Below are positions 12,799 to 25,030 of a DNA stretch of 64,000 nt, one piece after another; position 1 is the first letter of the stretch; each line of letters opens with the position of its first letter. The DNA comes from Octopus vulgaris (Eukaryota): assembly GCA_951406725.2 (NCBI GenBank), contig OX597828.1:32240001-32304000 (forward strand). The letters run 5' to 3'. The notes below the pieces were generated by a model. It did no database searches, was not told the origin of the DNA, and was given only the letters and a program-made list of their open reading frames with translations. The position numbers were made by a program, and so were the translations under genes.

Positions 12799-13239
12799 TC
12801 CGCATCCATAACCATCGGGCTGCTGTTTCTGTCTTTGCGGTCGTATTTCTTTCTAACTGGGCGTACATTTTATTTCGTGTTTTTTCCTCTTCAAACTTAT
12901 TTCTTAACATAGTTTTTAGTTTTGATGGTGTCCGATTACTTCACATGCATCATCAATTGTTCCACGGCGTTTTTTACATACCACCATAAACTCTTGTCCT
13001 TTGATTCAACATAGTCCTCACAACTGATTGAACACCCACCCATCGACTTACACAACTTATGGAGAAGTACAATCGATCAGTCTCGTCGCTGGGTTGAAAT
13101 GCTCCGTGTAATGACAACGGTTTCCGTGTGTGTCTATCCATACACATCATTTCGTTTTTTGCCAGATTATGATTCCAGCTCATGTATTTATTTAGAAGGT
13201 TCAAGGTTGAGTGAGATGAAACTGGATTCAGAAAGAAAG

Positions 13240-13363
13240 TAGGGATTTACTGGACAAGAAATTAACAATGCTAAAATTGACGCTGGTGCGATTTGAACGT
13301 GGAACATGGTGGTTATATTTGAATAGCTAACGGTAGCCTAACAATTCTGCAAATTCTCCGCCA
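13240..13363 (-). mobile_element. SINE family A degenerate copy
   Basis: atttgaacgtggaac...ctaacaattctgcaaattctccgcc. Confidence 0.4.
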
Positions 13364-14573
13364 TTGTACAATATTTTGTAAGATATTTGAATCAACTAAT
13401 ACACTGCATTTTTTCTTTCTTTTTCCCAGTTCTAGCGCCATAGCATATATAGACGTAGGTTTGTACAGCAGTGTTTGACAGATTGGTTATTTATTTATAA
13501 ACTGATTCCAGATACAGAAGCATTGTATTTACTTAGATGTTCTTGTTTTGATTTCTATGTTGACAAAAAGTATACACTATTCTATTTATACAAAGAATGT
13601 CTGGAAACACAATTTGAAACTAGTCAAATAAACTTGCATCTTCAAATAACCAATCTAAAATATTCTTAATGCTACTGCGCAAGATTTGCCATCATGTATC
13701 TATTCAGAAATAACGTCATTAATAGGTGTTTCTATAATTTACTAGTTAGATAGTTAAAGATGTGTTTCGTAACTCAGGAGACATTACCAATGAAGGTATG
13801 ATCTAAAGTAAAATTAACGAACTGAAGAAAAAATAAATAACACATTCGATACTTCAAATATAACCGTTGACGTACCTAAAGTGTTAATCAGTATTTCAAA
13901 TTCTGTAGACTATAATTTATATATTTACTTTTGACTTTTTCATTACAAATGAATGGCTCATTTCATTTTCAAAATCTCGAGGCACATCTTATATGTAAAA
14001 ATTCATACATCTACTACTGAAAAAAATTAACAACAAAATGTGTTAGCAGTATTTTTTCTTACTTTTTTCGTCTGCATGTGAAAGGAAATTTTCGTTATGC
14101 TCTTCATAGAACCAAAATACCATTACACAGGAAAAGACGTAGCCAAAAAGAATATGGAAAAAACATTCATCAGATTACAGCAGAAAGTTTTTACACGAGC
14201 TAAATATTTTTAGAGAAATAGAATTCAGTAAAAGAAATTGAATGTTTCGACTGAAGTCTGTAACGGCTTTTATCGACATTAATCTGAATATAGTGAAATC
14301 AAGAGAGCAACTGTTGAATACGAAATATAAAAGTTTTGACTGATAGAAATTTGTATTAATAGAATCATAAATCCGTAAACTATTAAGGCTTCCGTTTACT
14401 TAGGTATTTCGTCTGTCTTGCATATTATTTCGGCACATTGGCAATGGATCTCAATATTTTTGTGGCTAATCGATGACATCAGATTTGTTGATATCACGTA
14501 GAAGCGAGAGTGCACATTAATTTACACTTCATGATGTTGTCCCAGTACTTAAAACAAATTATACAACTGGTAT

Positions 14574-14761
14574 ATTTTGGGGGAGGGGGGCCAGTCGATT
14601 ACGTCGACCCCAGTAAGCAACTATCAGTTAATTTATCGATCTCTAAAGGATGAAAGGCAAAGTCGATCTCGACAGAATTTGAACTCAGAACGTAACGACA
14701 GACGAAATACAGCTAAGTATTTCGCCCGGCTTGCTAAAGTTTTCTGCCAACTCACCAGCTT
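14574..14761 (-). mobile_element. SINE family A copy
   Basis: gggggccagtcgattacgtcgaccccag...aaggatgaaaggcaaagtcga...atttgaactcagaacgtaac. Confidence 0.85.
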
Positions 14762-14888
14762 GCGCAGGAGCAAGGTAATTACATGATTCGAAATCTAAGC
14801 TGAGAAGCCAAAATGAAAACATCTCTCATAAATTGAATGATAGATATGGGTTTATATATACGCATATATTATTATTTTCATTATTGAT

Positions 14889-14960
14889 GTCACTGCCAGG
14901 AATCGAACTAGGAATCTTGGGGTTAGTAGCTCGCGCTCTTAACCACTACACCATATGCCC
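14889..14960 (-). mobile_element. tRNA-derived Pol III promoter head (SINE 5' module)
   Basis: Minus strand gggcatatggtgtagtggttaagagcgcgagctactaaccccaagattcctagttcgattcctggcagtgac has an A box (tggtgtagtgg) and a B box (agttcgattcc) but no complete acceptor stem. Confidence 0.7.
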
Positions 14961-15028
14961 GTGGGTAATAAAAAAAAGACTTCCAGAAATACCTTAAGAA
15001 TGAAAACCCAGTTTTGAAATTTCCCCAA

Positions 15029-15074
15029 GATATCTGATGAAGGCTGGAGGGTATATCAGCCGAAACGTTGTGTT
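15029..15074 (+). ncRNA. Minimal type I hammerhead ribozyme (Penelope-type)
   Basis: GAUAU-CUGAUGA(15034-40)-A-GGCUG-[GAGGGUAUAU]-CAGCC-GAAAC-GUU^GUGUU: canonical core, 5-bp stem II, palindromic ACGU stem III, and a stem I with three G-U wobbles. Confidence 0.75.
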
Positions 15075-15127
15075 AACAACAAACAAGATGAGAACAAATA
15101 TCCATCAAATATAAATAATATGGATTA

Positions 15128-15319
15128 ATATTGGTTTAAAATTTGGTATAAGACCAGCAGTTTAGCGCCCATTACCCTACTGGTGCTTATTTTATAGACA
15201 TAGAAAGGATGAAAAGTAAGAGCGTACTCGGCGATAATTGAACTCGGAACATAAAGCCGAACGAAATTCTGCTAGGCACTTTGCCCGTAGTGCTAACGAT
15301 TCTACCAGCTCAGCGCCTT
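15128..15319 (-). mobile_element. SINE family A copy
   Basis: aatattggtttaaaatttggtataagaccagc...aaaggatgaaa...gctaacgattctaccagctcagcgcctt. Confidence 0.7.
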
Positions 15320-15639
15320 ACAACGTGGTCTGCAAGCTTCTACAGTGAATCAAAACCTGTACATTTCAAATGCCCGCTGAGCGCTCCGTACCATTTAATC
15401 AAGAGTCCCCTGACACACATACACAAACAGAGACACCCACACACATACATACATATACATGCGTGCATGTGTGTATGTATATATGTAATTATGATTATAT
15501 GTATGTATATATATGTATGTACGTGCTTATGTATGAAGTAATGTGTGCCCGTGTCTTTGTACTTGTTCCCAAACACTATAACTTGACATTTACTGTTTTA
15601 TTATCCTTTCCGCTTCTGTAACATAGACTAAAGATACGG

Positions 15640-15760
15640 GTAGTATAAATCCTGAACTACAAAGAATAAGTAATAAGCTCAATTTGATTAAGTAAACATG
15701 TCAATCTGTGCACCAGCATGGCCACAATTCTATGACTGAGACTAGTGGTAAACGATAACA
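15640..15760 (+). mobile_element. SINE family B 3' fragment
   Basis: caaagaataagt...gtgcaccagcatggccaca...atgactgagactagt. Confidence 0.5.
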
Positions 15761-17179
15761 ATTTATACATTACTTGCTTCCTTTCGGTACACTCGCACAA
15801 AGTCCATACTGGCAATCGTACACATTCAAACTCCTGTTTAACAAATCAATTCAAATTATAAACTTCTCTACCAGAAAACCCGACAGTGTTTACAGATACT
15901 GTGACCTACTTATATCTATCTATCTTTTGCAATAAGCTCTCGACGTTTTAAAGAAACGTTTCATTTATACACTTGTAGAACCATTAGAGTTGAGATTATA
16001 TACACGTTCCTTAACAGCTCTAATGGTTTCAATTCAATAGTTTGGTCGGTGAGATGCCTAAGTTTTTCAGCTCGCTTTTGGACAACATTATATAGTAATT
16101 TGGTTTTGTCGAAAATTAGTAAGCTATTGTCAATGCTGCCATTGAAAATTATGTTAGGCTTATTATATGCTATTTGGGTGTCTGTCTGTACGCTAAATTA
16201 CCATATTATTTTCAAATTGTTATTTTCTAAGCAGGCGGAGATTGATATGTGTATTACAGTGCTTTTTTACTCAAAGCAGTTATAGTTGGACGGCTACTAC
16301 GTATATAGAGAGCAAGTTCTCAATAATTTTGCGCCTCCATATTATATCGACAATAGTCTGACATCGCAATACGAGCTATTTTATTTAAGTTTGTCTCGTT
16401 GCAATCTAATGATATACAGCCATACTTTCTATCTGTTTCTTCAAAATGTGATGAGAGAATATTGTTCATGCTTTTGGAGAACACTTTAATATTTTAACTG
16501 GTTTTTTTTACGTTTTCAAATATTCATTTCAATTTAGTTATGAAAGCGTAAGCACACGCAATTTTACATTCTGTCGTGCTCAATTATTTCTCGAATCCTA
16601 AAATTTTCCAGTTTCATCTTTGGAGTTCTGATATAATCAAATATTATCTAGTCAATCTGTCTAAAGCTTTCGCTAAATTTTCATCATCTTCATATTTCAA
16701 AATCATTATATTTTCCTTAAATGCTTGACATTAGCCTTCTCTTGTTTTGGTTTCTTCTCTTTTCTTTCCAAGATCACGATAATTAACTACATGCTGGTTT
16801 GCCACCCAAAAGGATACAGTTATGCATAATCATAAATAAACTTAGTCAGAAATCATAGGCAGGAATACTGTTCCTTGGCATATCACTTAGGTATGCCTGT
16901 TACTTTAAAGCCTGTAGTTATGATGCCGGCGATCGAAATAACTGCTATGTCTCTGCTATGCGTTTTCTAAATGAAGGTATATTTGTTGCAATTCTTCAAG
17001 GGTTTCATCATTTCGTCATATTGAATAAGACTAAACGCATTATTGATATCGATTCCCATATACGACTTGTACTTTTGATAAAATTGCAGCATATATTATC
17101 CCATTTTAATGATAATTATCCTCAAATATTTCGTATTATTCGCACATATATCTCCTCTGACATACAGGATGTACTGTAT

Positions 17180-17332
17180 ATTATTATTGCTGTTATTGTT
17201 GTTGTTGTTGTTGTTGTTGTTGTTATTATTATTATTGTTGTTGTTGCTGTTGTTGTTGTTGTTGTTGTTGTTGTTATTATTATTATTACTATTATTATTA
17301 TTATAATCATCATCATTATTATTATTATTATT
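17180..17332. repeat. (ATT)n/(GTT)n microsatellite
   Basis: Directly visible. Lies at the 3' end of the minus-strand R4/Dong fragments. Confidence 0.95.
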
Positions 17333-18330
17333 CAGAGGTCTTTTATCACAGGCTTACACTGCACTACCGAGCGAAGCTCTGTGTGCTTTGGATATGTGCT
17401 ATAGTTTGTTACCAAGCTCTTATAGTTACTGATTTGAAAGCGTTATACGTAGAATGTGTGTGGTGCCTAATAGTATTATTTTCTGTATGTTATATATAAT
17501 TGTTAGTCCTGGTGTTTTTGTTATGTATTTGTCTGAATAATTCTTTATCATACCTAATGCGCCTACTTTGATAGGAATTGTTTCTGTTTTTAGATTCCAC
17601 ATTCGAGTCACCTCTATTTCCAGGATTTTGTATTTGGAAAGTTCTTTATCTCTTTTAGAGAAACGTTATCATCTCTTGTATTGATACATCAATTAGAAAG
17701 CATTTTATTTTTTCATGATATCTGACAACTATATCTGGCCTATTGGCCTTAATTTCTCTACCTGTGTGTATTGGCATATCCCATAATCTCGTTGCTTTCT
17801 CGTTTTCTGTGACCTTCTCATGCGTATTCCCATACCATCTTTTTTCTGTTGTTATTCCATAGTGTTGCCATAGCTTCCATGTATGTAGGTCCCAACTCTG
17901 TTGTGTCTGTGAATATATTCCTTCTTAGCCAGGACTGGGCAGCCAGACATGATATGATTTTTTTTATTTCTTGTCTATCTCCACATAGTCTGCAGTTACT
18001 TATGTTTCTTCTCATTATATGATTTTGCTAATTGCTGGTGGGGAGGCTTTGGTCTTGTGCTGCAATTAAAAATCCCTCAGTCTCTGCTTTGATTCTTGAG
18101 ATTCTCAGCCATTGTTGGGATTTTACTGTGTCTATTTCGTTTGAGATTAGTTTAACCTAGTATTTGCTATCAAGGGGCTTTACTTGCCATTGTTTTATCA
18201 TGATCTTTTGCTGTTTTAGTTTTAGTTTGGATTTCATTTGTTTTACAACTTTTGTTGTTTCTCCTTTTTCTCCATAGTTGTCATGTAGTATGACTTCTTT
18301 TTTTGTATTTGTCAACTTCCTTAAATACTG
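17333..18330 (-). pseudogene. R4/Dong-like non-LTR retrotransposon 3' fragment (zinc knuckle + RLE)
   Basis: Minus strand gives WLRISRIKAETEGFLIAAQDQSL, CRLCGD, NRPDIVV..KCFLIDVS and WNLKTETIPIKVGALG...LLGTTHILRITLS*. Confidence 0.85.
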
Positions 18331-18334
18331 AAAA

Positions 18335-19000
<666 letters not shown>

Positions 19001-21559
19001 ATCGTCATTGTCGTTGCTGCTGGTATTGTACTAATTCAATATCCGCAATAACTGAATTCTTATCTCATTAACACATCTTCACCTCTCATTTTCTGTTACA
19101 TTTCCCTGTTAATTATCTTATTCTTTGCTAGATATTTTATTTACTGTTCAATGGCATGATAAATCTTTTCCTTAAAAGACAGTTCTTATATACTTGGCGA
19201 TACAATCGCCCATACAAATTGTGAAGACAGTTTATATTTGAAAGAGATATTTTCACCTTCGTCTCTTATTGTGAACACATATGTCGTGTAGCATCTATTG
19301 ATGAAATTCCTTAGATAGATTCTCACGATAACATAAATATATTCATTAGAGTTGGCTATAAGTTAAAGAGGGAAAATTAATTAAATATTCTGCTTGAAGT
19401 TTGCGATTTGTGTGTTAGGGGAACTGCTTGGTGCTTTATACTCGATTGCCCTACTTTTGGAGAATCGTTTAGTAAAATTGAAAACACCTGAAAACAGTAT
19501 ATATTAATTTATAAGCTATTTGATTGAAAACTGTAAATTTGGTACAATAACTGAAGGGTTTTTTCTAGTATTTTGTATATTTCATACTATGCCATTTACG
19601 TAAACAGTTCTTTCCGTCTATTTTGGTATTCCTTTTCGCATCAACAGCAATATTACTTGTAGCGTTTTTAGTATCTTTAATGATTATCGTTTGATCAATT
19701 AAATGTTTGTATTTCTATAACACTTATCGAATAAAATAACATAACAATATTATGGATGGATATTTTATGTTTCTCCAGGGCCTATTTTTTTTTTACTGCA
19801 GTTTGCTTTATATTGGGATTGGTAAGGACTTGTTGATATTATATGAATGCTTTGAGGAAACCATAAATGACTTATCCCGATGTTCTTAATATTTGCTCTT
19901 AAAACCATATTCGACTGCGAATAACCTGATTTTATCTGCTGCTATATAGTTATAGCTCATCTCTCTCAAGAGTGTTGTTCTTTCATTATTGCCTCTATAT
20001 TAGTGTACTCGGTACAGAAGTCCAGTTGAATTCTCATTGTAATACTCCATTTATATTTATAGAAAATTTTATGTGTCCTAACTTCTATTCTTTCCCTAAA
20101 TTTCTACATATTTGTTTAATATGTTAACCACTTGATAAGCATCGTGTGTGTCCCATTATGTCTATCATCCTCATTGCCATCATTATCATCATCAACTTCG
20201 TCATCATCATCATTACCACCATCATCAACTCGTATTCATCAGCAGTTATTAATTCTTGTGTATGCCATTGATTTTTCTTTCCGAGTCCATCTTCAACATA
20301 TTATTTCGACACTTATTATTGTCAATTTGTTCCTTTTTTTTTCGGCTTTGCCTTGTCTCCGAATCTGTTATTGCATGCATGGTTTGGAAGTATATCTTTT
20401 TTTCCCTTCTGTCACTTCACAAGTTTCTGTTATTTCAACGACAATTCTATTTTAAAAAAGCAACAGGTTATGGCGTACATTAGTTTATTTTCATCTGTTA
20501 TATCTTACTCACTTATTTGACTTTCAATTACTACTAACGTATTGTGAACTTCTTTCAAAAAGATTGTATTTTTCGTCTTCAATTCTATCATGCTACAGTG
20601 AGGTTCGTTTTCGTTTAATATAAACGTTACTTCAAATTTCCCTATTTTGTTTTGTTTTTTATGCATCACACTTTCTAGTTTATTACATTCCCTAGCTTCT
20701 TTGAGTACTAAAGTGCTTTTCTTGTTATTACAGATTCGCTGCTGTTCTTTATTTCTTTTTATAGTTTCACGTATTCTGTTATTGCAGTTATGTTCTGTTG
20801 TAACGTAGTCTGTGAAAAGATGTTTATTGTCCTTCAGGATCTCTCTTATATTTTATCTTCATCCAAAGTTTGGTTTTTTTTTTTCACTTTTACTTTATTT
20901 CTACTTTTCGTTCTATTCTTTATATTTATCTATTTAGTTGGTGGGGAAAATATATCTTCTTTCGTTTGATAATGCTATTCTTTTCATTTGCTGTCTTATT
21001 TCGGGATTATTGTCCGCCATACATAGTACGCCTGTTTTGTGATTTTACCTGAGGGTGTTAGTTAAAGCTTTAAAGGATGTATACTTTGATAACCTGTAAG
21101 TACACGTTTCTTATCCATATCTGTTCTGCGTGTTTGGCTTATAATTGTTTTTCTGATACATTGAATTTATTTTTATCATCATGTTTATCAGTATACTTAA
21201 GATATTTTCAGAGTATATTTGATTCCTCAATAGCTACTTCGTTCTAACTGTGAGTAAGGCGACTTCTAAAGTAAGAAAATGATATATTCTAGAAGTGATA
21301 AAAATATAGCATTCATTTATGTAATTGAAAAGATTAGAAGTCTCTTCGTTTCTGGTTCAAAAATAAAGACTGTATTTAACAGAGGGAGAAATGTTAAGGT
21401 TAACACTGGACGAAGAAATAACGGTTTGTCACGTACAAAAAAAACGTAAATATTATATTGAAAAGACATTTACGATCTCAATTCGTACCTTGTATAAATA
21501 AGGAGTGATTATGGCAAAAGAGGATTCAGTAAAAAGTAAACTCAGAGCCAGTTCTGAAA

Positions 21560-21692
21560 GTTTTGCTCGACTAATACATATTTCATTGACCCTGAAATGT
21601 CGAAAGAAAAAATCTACCACGCTGGAATTTGAACTGAGAATGTAAAGACAGATTGCTAAGCGTTGTTCCCAGCGTGCTAACGATTCTGCCTT
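21560..21692 (-). mobile_element. SINE family A degenerate copy
   Basis: ggaatttgaactgagaatgtaaagacag...cgtgctaacgattctgcc. Confidence 0.55.
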
Positions 21693-22359
21693 ACTTATAA
21701 AACATCAATAATGAATTCTAGTATATTTATAGAGAGAGAAATTTTTAAGAACAAGGCTTAGTTTTTACTATCAACTCAGTAACATGCAGTGTGCTCTACT
21801 TTATAGATTTCAAAGAAATGAAAGACGTTATCATCTCGACAATTTTATGATCTTTGTATTTAACATTATTCTAACCTCATAGTTCAAAATGCGCCTGGGA
21901 GGACACTGCGCGATGTCTCCTGTTATAAGAACATAATCGTTCCTGTATCTACATTTTTATCATATCGCATGGCATAGACATATCGGGTTAAGCACAATGT
22001 AAATTTGATAATATCGTACAGCGTACAAGTCAGAGTGTTCCCATATACCATCACTGGTACATGTTTAAGCATCATTTCAAATGTTTTCTCATGTAAATGT
22101 TCTTCATTCTATGAAACCACAATCATGCATTCAGTGAGTAAGGCAGTGAGTTATTGATTTACAGAATTATGTGACAAAGCTGTTGGCGAATGTAGCTCAG
22201 ACCTAGTTTCCTGCTGACTCCTCAACACATTTGTTTCATGTGACACCAATAAACAATAAGGTTATATCTTTTGTAATATACACAAGGTTCATCACATTCA
22301 ATGATAAGCTCCTGAAACACGCTTTGAATGATTCATTGCCACAACCGATATTCAGTTAA

Positions 22360-22568
22360 TATTTTTTCTACCCTAGGCACAAGGTCCGTATTTTTGGGTA
22401 AGGGGGCCAGTCGATTAGATCAACCCCAGTATGTAACTGGTACTTAATTTATCGATCCCAAAAAGATAAAAGGCAAAGTCGACCGCGGCGGAATTTGAGC
22501 CTACAACCTGGCGACAGACGAAATACCGCTACGCATTTCGCCCAGCGTGCTAATATTTTTGCCAGCTC
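22360..22568 (-). mobile_element. SINE family A copy
   Basis: ttctaccctaggcacaagg...gggggccagtcgattagatcaaccccag...gcggaatttga...catttcgcccagcgtgctaa. Confidence 0.85.
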
Positions 22569-24114
22569 TACAAGTTAATAATGTTACTACGGTCACATAC
22601 CCGCAATAAAAATACAGGCTACTTCTGAGAAAACCCATAAACTATACTGACAACAATCTCATTCGCAGATTACATTATACTCACACACAACATTATTCTT
22701 ATACAAGCTACGCAATAACTTTTCCTGCATTAAATTTACCCAGTAAAAATAGGTTCTTTATCATCAGAGATTCGGAGCTGCCATGTCACCATACTTCATC
22801 ATATTTTCAAAGTATATAACTTCAAAAATAACCAATCACCACCAGAAAAAAATATAAATATATCATATACATAATACTCGCAAATGATGCATTAGTGCAA
22901 TATGATAGATTCACAATATCAAAGAGATAAATAGAGCCGATATAAACGACACATCTTATAATATATATTATACCTTGCTTTGGAATTAAACATTTCCATA
23001 TCTATGCTATGCAAGGAATTACATAGCACATATAGATTTAAAAAGCTGATTCATTGCATACATAGAAGTAACAAGCGAAGAAGACAATAAAAATCAGGCC
23101 ACTATCAGCAAACCAAAGGGTACTTTGACCTTAGTGCTCGGACAATATAAACGTACAGAGAAATAGCCACCACCACAATTTTAGTTACAGCAAAATACAA
23201 AATTGTGTAAATGAATAGATATTTGCGTACTGAGTATGTGGTATTTCAAATACTTTTGCGTTGTATTACATTAGACGTTCTTAGTGGCGTGGAAACTAGC
23301 CTGCAAGACATCAATTTTATTTTATCGCTTTAGTTTAGCCCCAGATTCGCTGCATTTGAGCGCTCTCACGGCAATATTAATGCAACACTTCTTTTCAATA
23401 ACACTTGATATATACTACGTACTTCATCCACATTAATCTTATATATTATATTACTGTAAGACGCCATGAGATTTAAGAAGAAAAAAAAATTTAGTTTTCA
23501 AGCACGGACAACGACCATAATGTTGTTTGCTTTACAGAGATATCTAGTAGTTTATATATAGATAGGTAGCAAAGAACTAAGTCGAAATTTTTTATCATAG
23601 AACGTTTGCAAACAACACGTGTAACAGTTTTGATATTGGAGCGATAATGAATTACTTGTGCACTTCTTGTGAGTATAGGGCTTGGTTTGGAAGTAGGCTA
23701 TTGCAAGTTTGGAGATGAAGATTTCTGTGAGAGATTTAATGAATGACTCATTCAAAATATTTAAAGGTACATACAAATATTTAACATTTCCTGTACGAGT
23801 AATTAAAAAGTTGTGATTGCAAATTATCTATTCAGTGGCGTTACATGTATGACTAAGGTCATCATTGAACTTTTCCGTTGACATCCTAATGCTTTGGCCA
23901 ACACCCAGATTTCGAGCGTGCTCAGCGCTTTATTACCTGGTCAGGGAAAGGTGTTTTATATGAAAAGCTGATATGATTTGTATACACATACGTTACTGCA
24001 TTTGTAATTGTGGTGTTGACAGGTGTTAAAGTCATTATTTGTCAGTGTTTCACAACATCAGTTTTAGTTTTCATAGCACAGCACATGAATGCTGTTTGCT
24101 TCATCGATTCTTAT

Positions 24115-24116
<2 letters not shown>

Positions 24117-24181
<65 letters not shown>

Positions 24182-24390
24182 TTGTGTACAGTGCTCAGGT
24201 GCACTACAACTCATCTAAGGTGTATATATAATCAGGTGTAGTTTCGGCGGATTTCGGAAAGCATGAGGGCCTTAAAGGATGCAGTGTCATGGCAGTCAAC
24301 GACTGACGCAGGCAGTTTATTCCATGCTTCAGCAACTCTGAGCGTGAAAAAATGTTTCCGAAAGTCATGGTAGCTGTGTTGTTTATGGTT
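24117..24390 (-). mobile_element. CR1-type LINE 3' end with (ATT)n tail
   Basis: Minus strand encodes KQHSYHDFRKHFFTLRVAEAWNKLPASVVDCHDTASFKA (CR1/L2 C-terminal FF..RV...WN.LP motif), then a short 3' UTR and a trinucleotide tail. Confidence 0.8.
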
Positions 24391-24721
24391 GTTCAACTTC
24401 ATGGTGTTTTTTTTTATATAGCGTTTCTTAATATTTATCAGTTTAGATTAGAGTGTGTTGCCTTTGTCATTTTAGAAGAGTCTACAATTTTTAAACATGC
24501 GATTTACTGAATTGTGTTTGGTATACTCCAAATGTCAATTCTACATATTATTGATAAGGTGTCCCCAAATATGGTGGACCTTTATACATTAAGCAGATGT
24601 TGGATATTATGAATTTAAACAGTCAATAATATTACATAGTGTTCATTTTCATATTTAAGTAATGAAAATTTGATATTTTTAATTACTGCTGTTTTAATGA
24701 AGTTACTGGCTATCAATATAG

Positions 24722-25030
24722 GGTAAAGGATGAAGTCCCCTTTTGGTCATGATTGATCGTGGAATTTGCACCTAGAAAGAGGCACAAATCCGAACAAGGT
24801 TGTTTAAGGAAGAGCAGCAGTCGCCCCTCCATGCCGCCAATGTTATCCAAAAGTAAAGGAAACTCCCATACAGCTTGGCACCAGTGACGTCTAGAGCTAA
24901 GTGAGCTGCAGCAACGAGAAATATTGTGTCTTGCTCAAGAACACAACACACAGCCTGCTCCGGGAATCGAAATCACTACCTCATGGTTGTGAGGCCGACG
25001 CTCTACCCATTGAACCATGCATCTTCACTT
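24722..25030 (-). mobile_element. SINE family C copy (tRNA head)
   Basis: Homologous to 39014-39348 (ttggtcatga...tgcacctagaaa...cagcttggcaccagtga...gaacacaacac...gggaatcga). Confidence 0.8.

Noticed and set aside
14889-14960. Possible genuine tRNA gene (likewise the heads at 39280-39348 and 49990-50060)
   Set aside because: A and B boxes are present, but there is no complete acceptor stem or cloverleaf. These read as SINE heads.
19060-19950. Possible highly decayed Penelope RT/GIY-YIG remnant (similar impression at 25200-26170)
   Set aside because: Only vague peptide resemblance and no motif I can defend without an HMM search.
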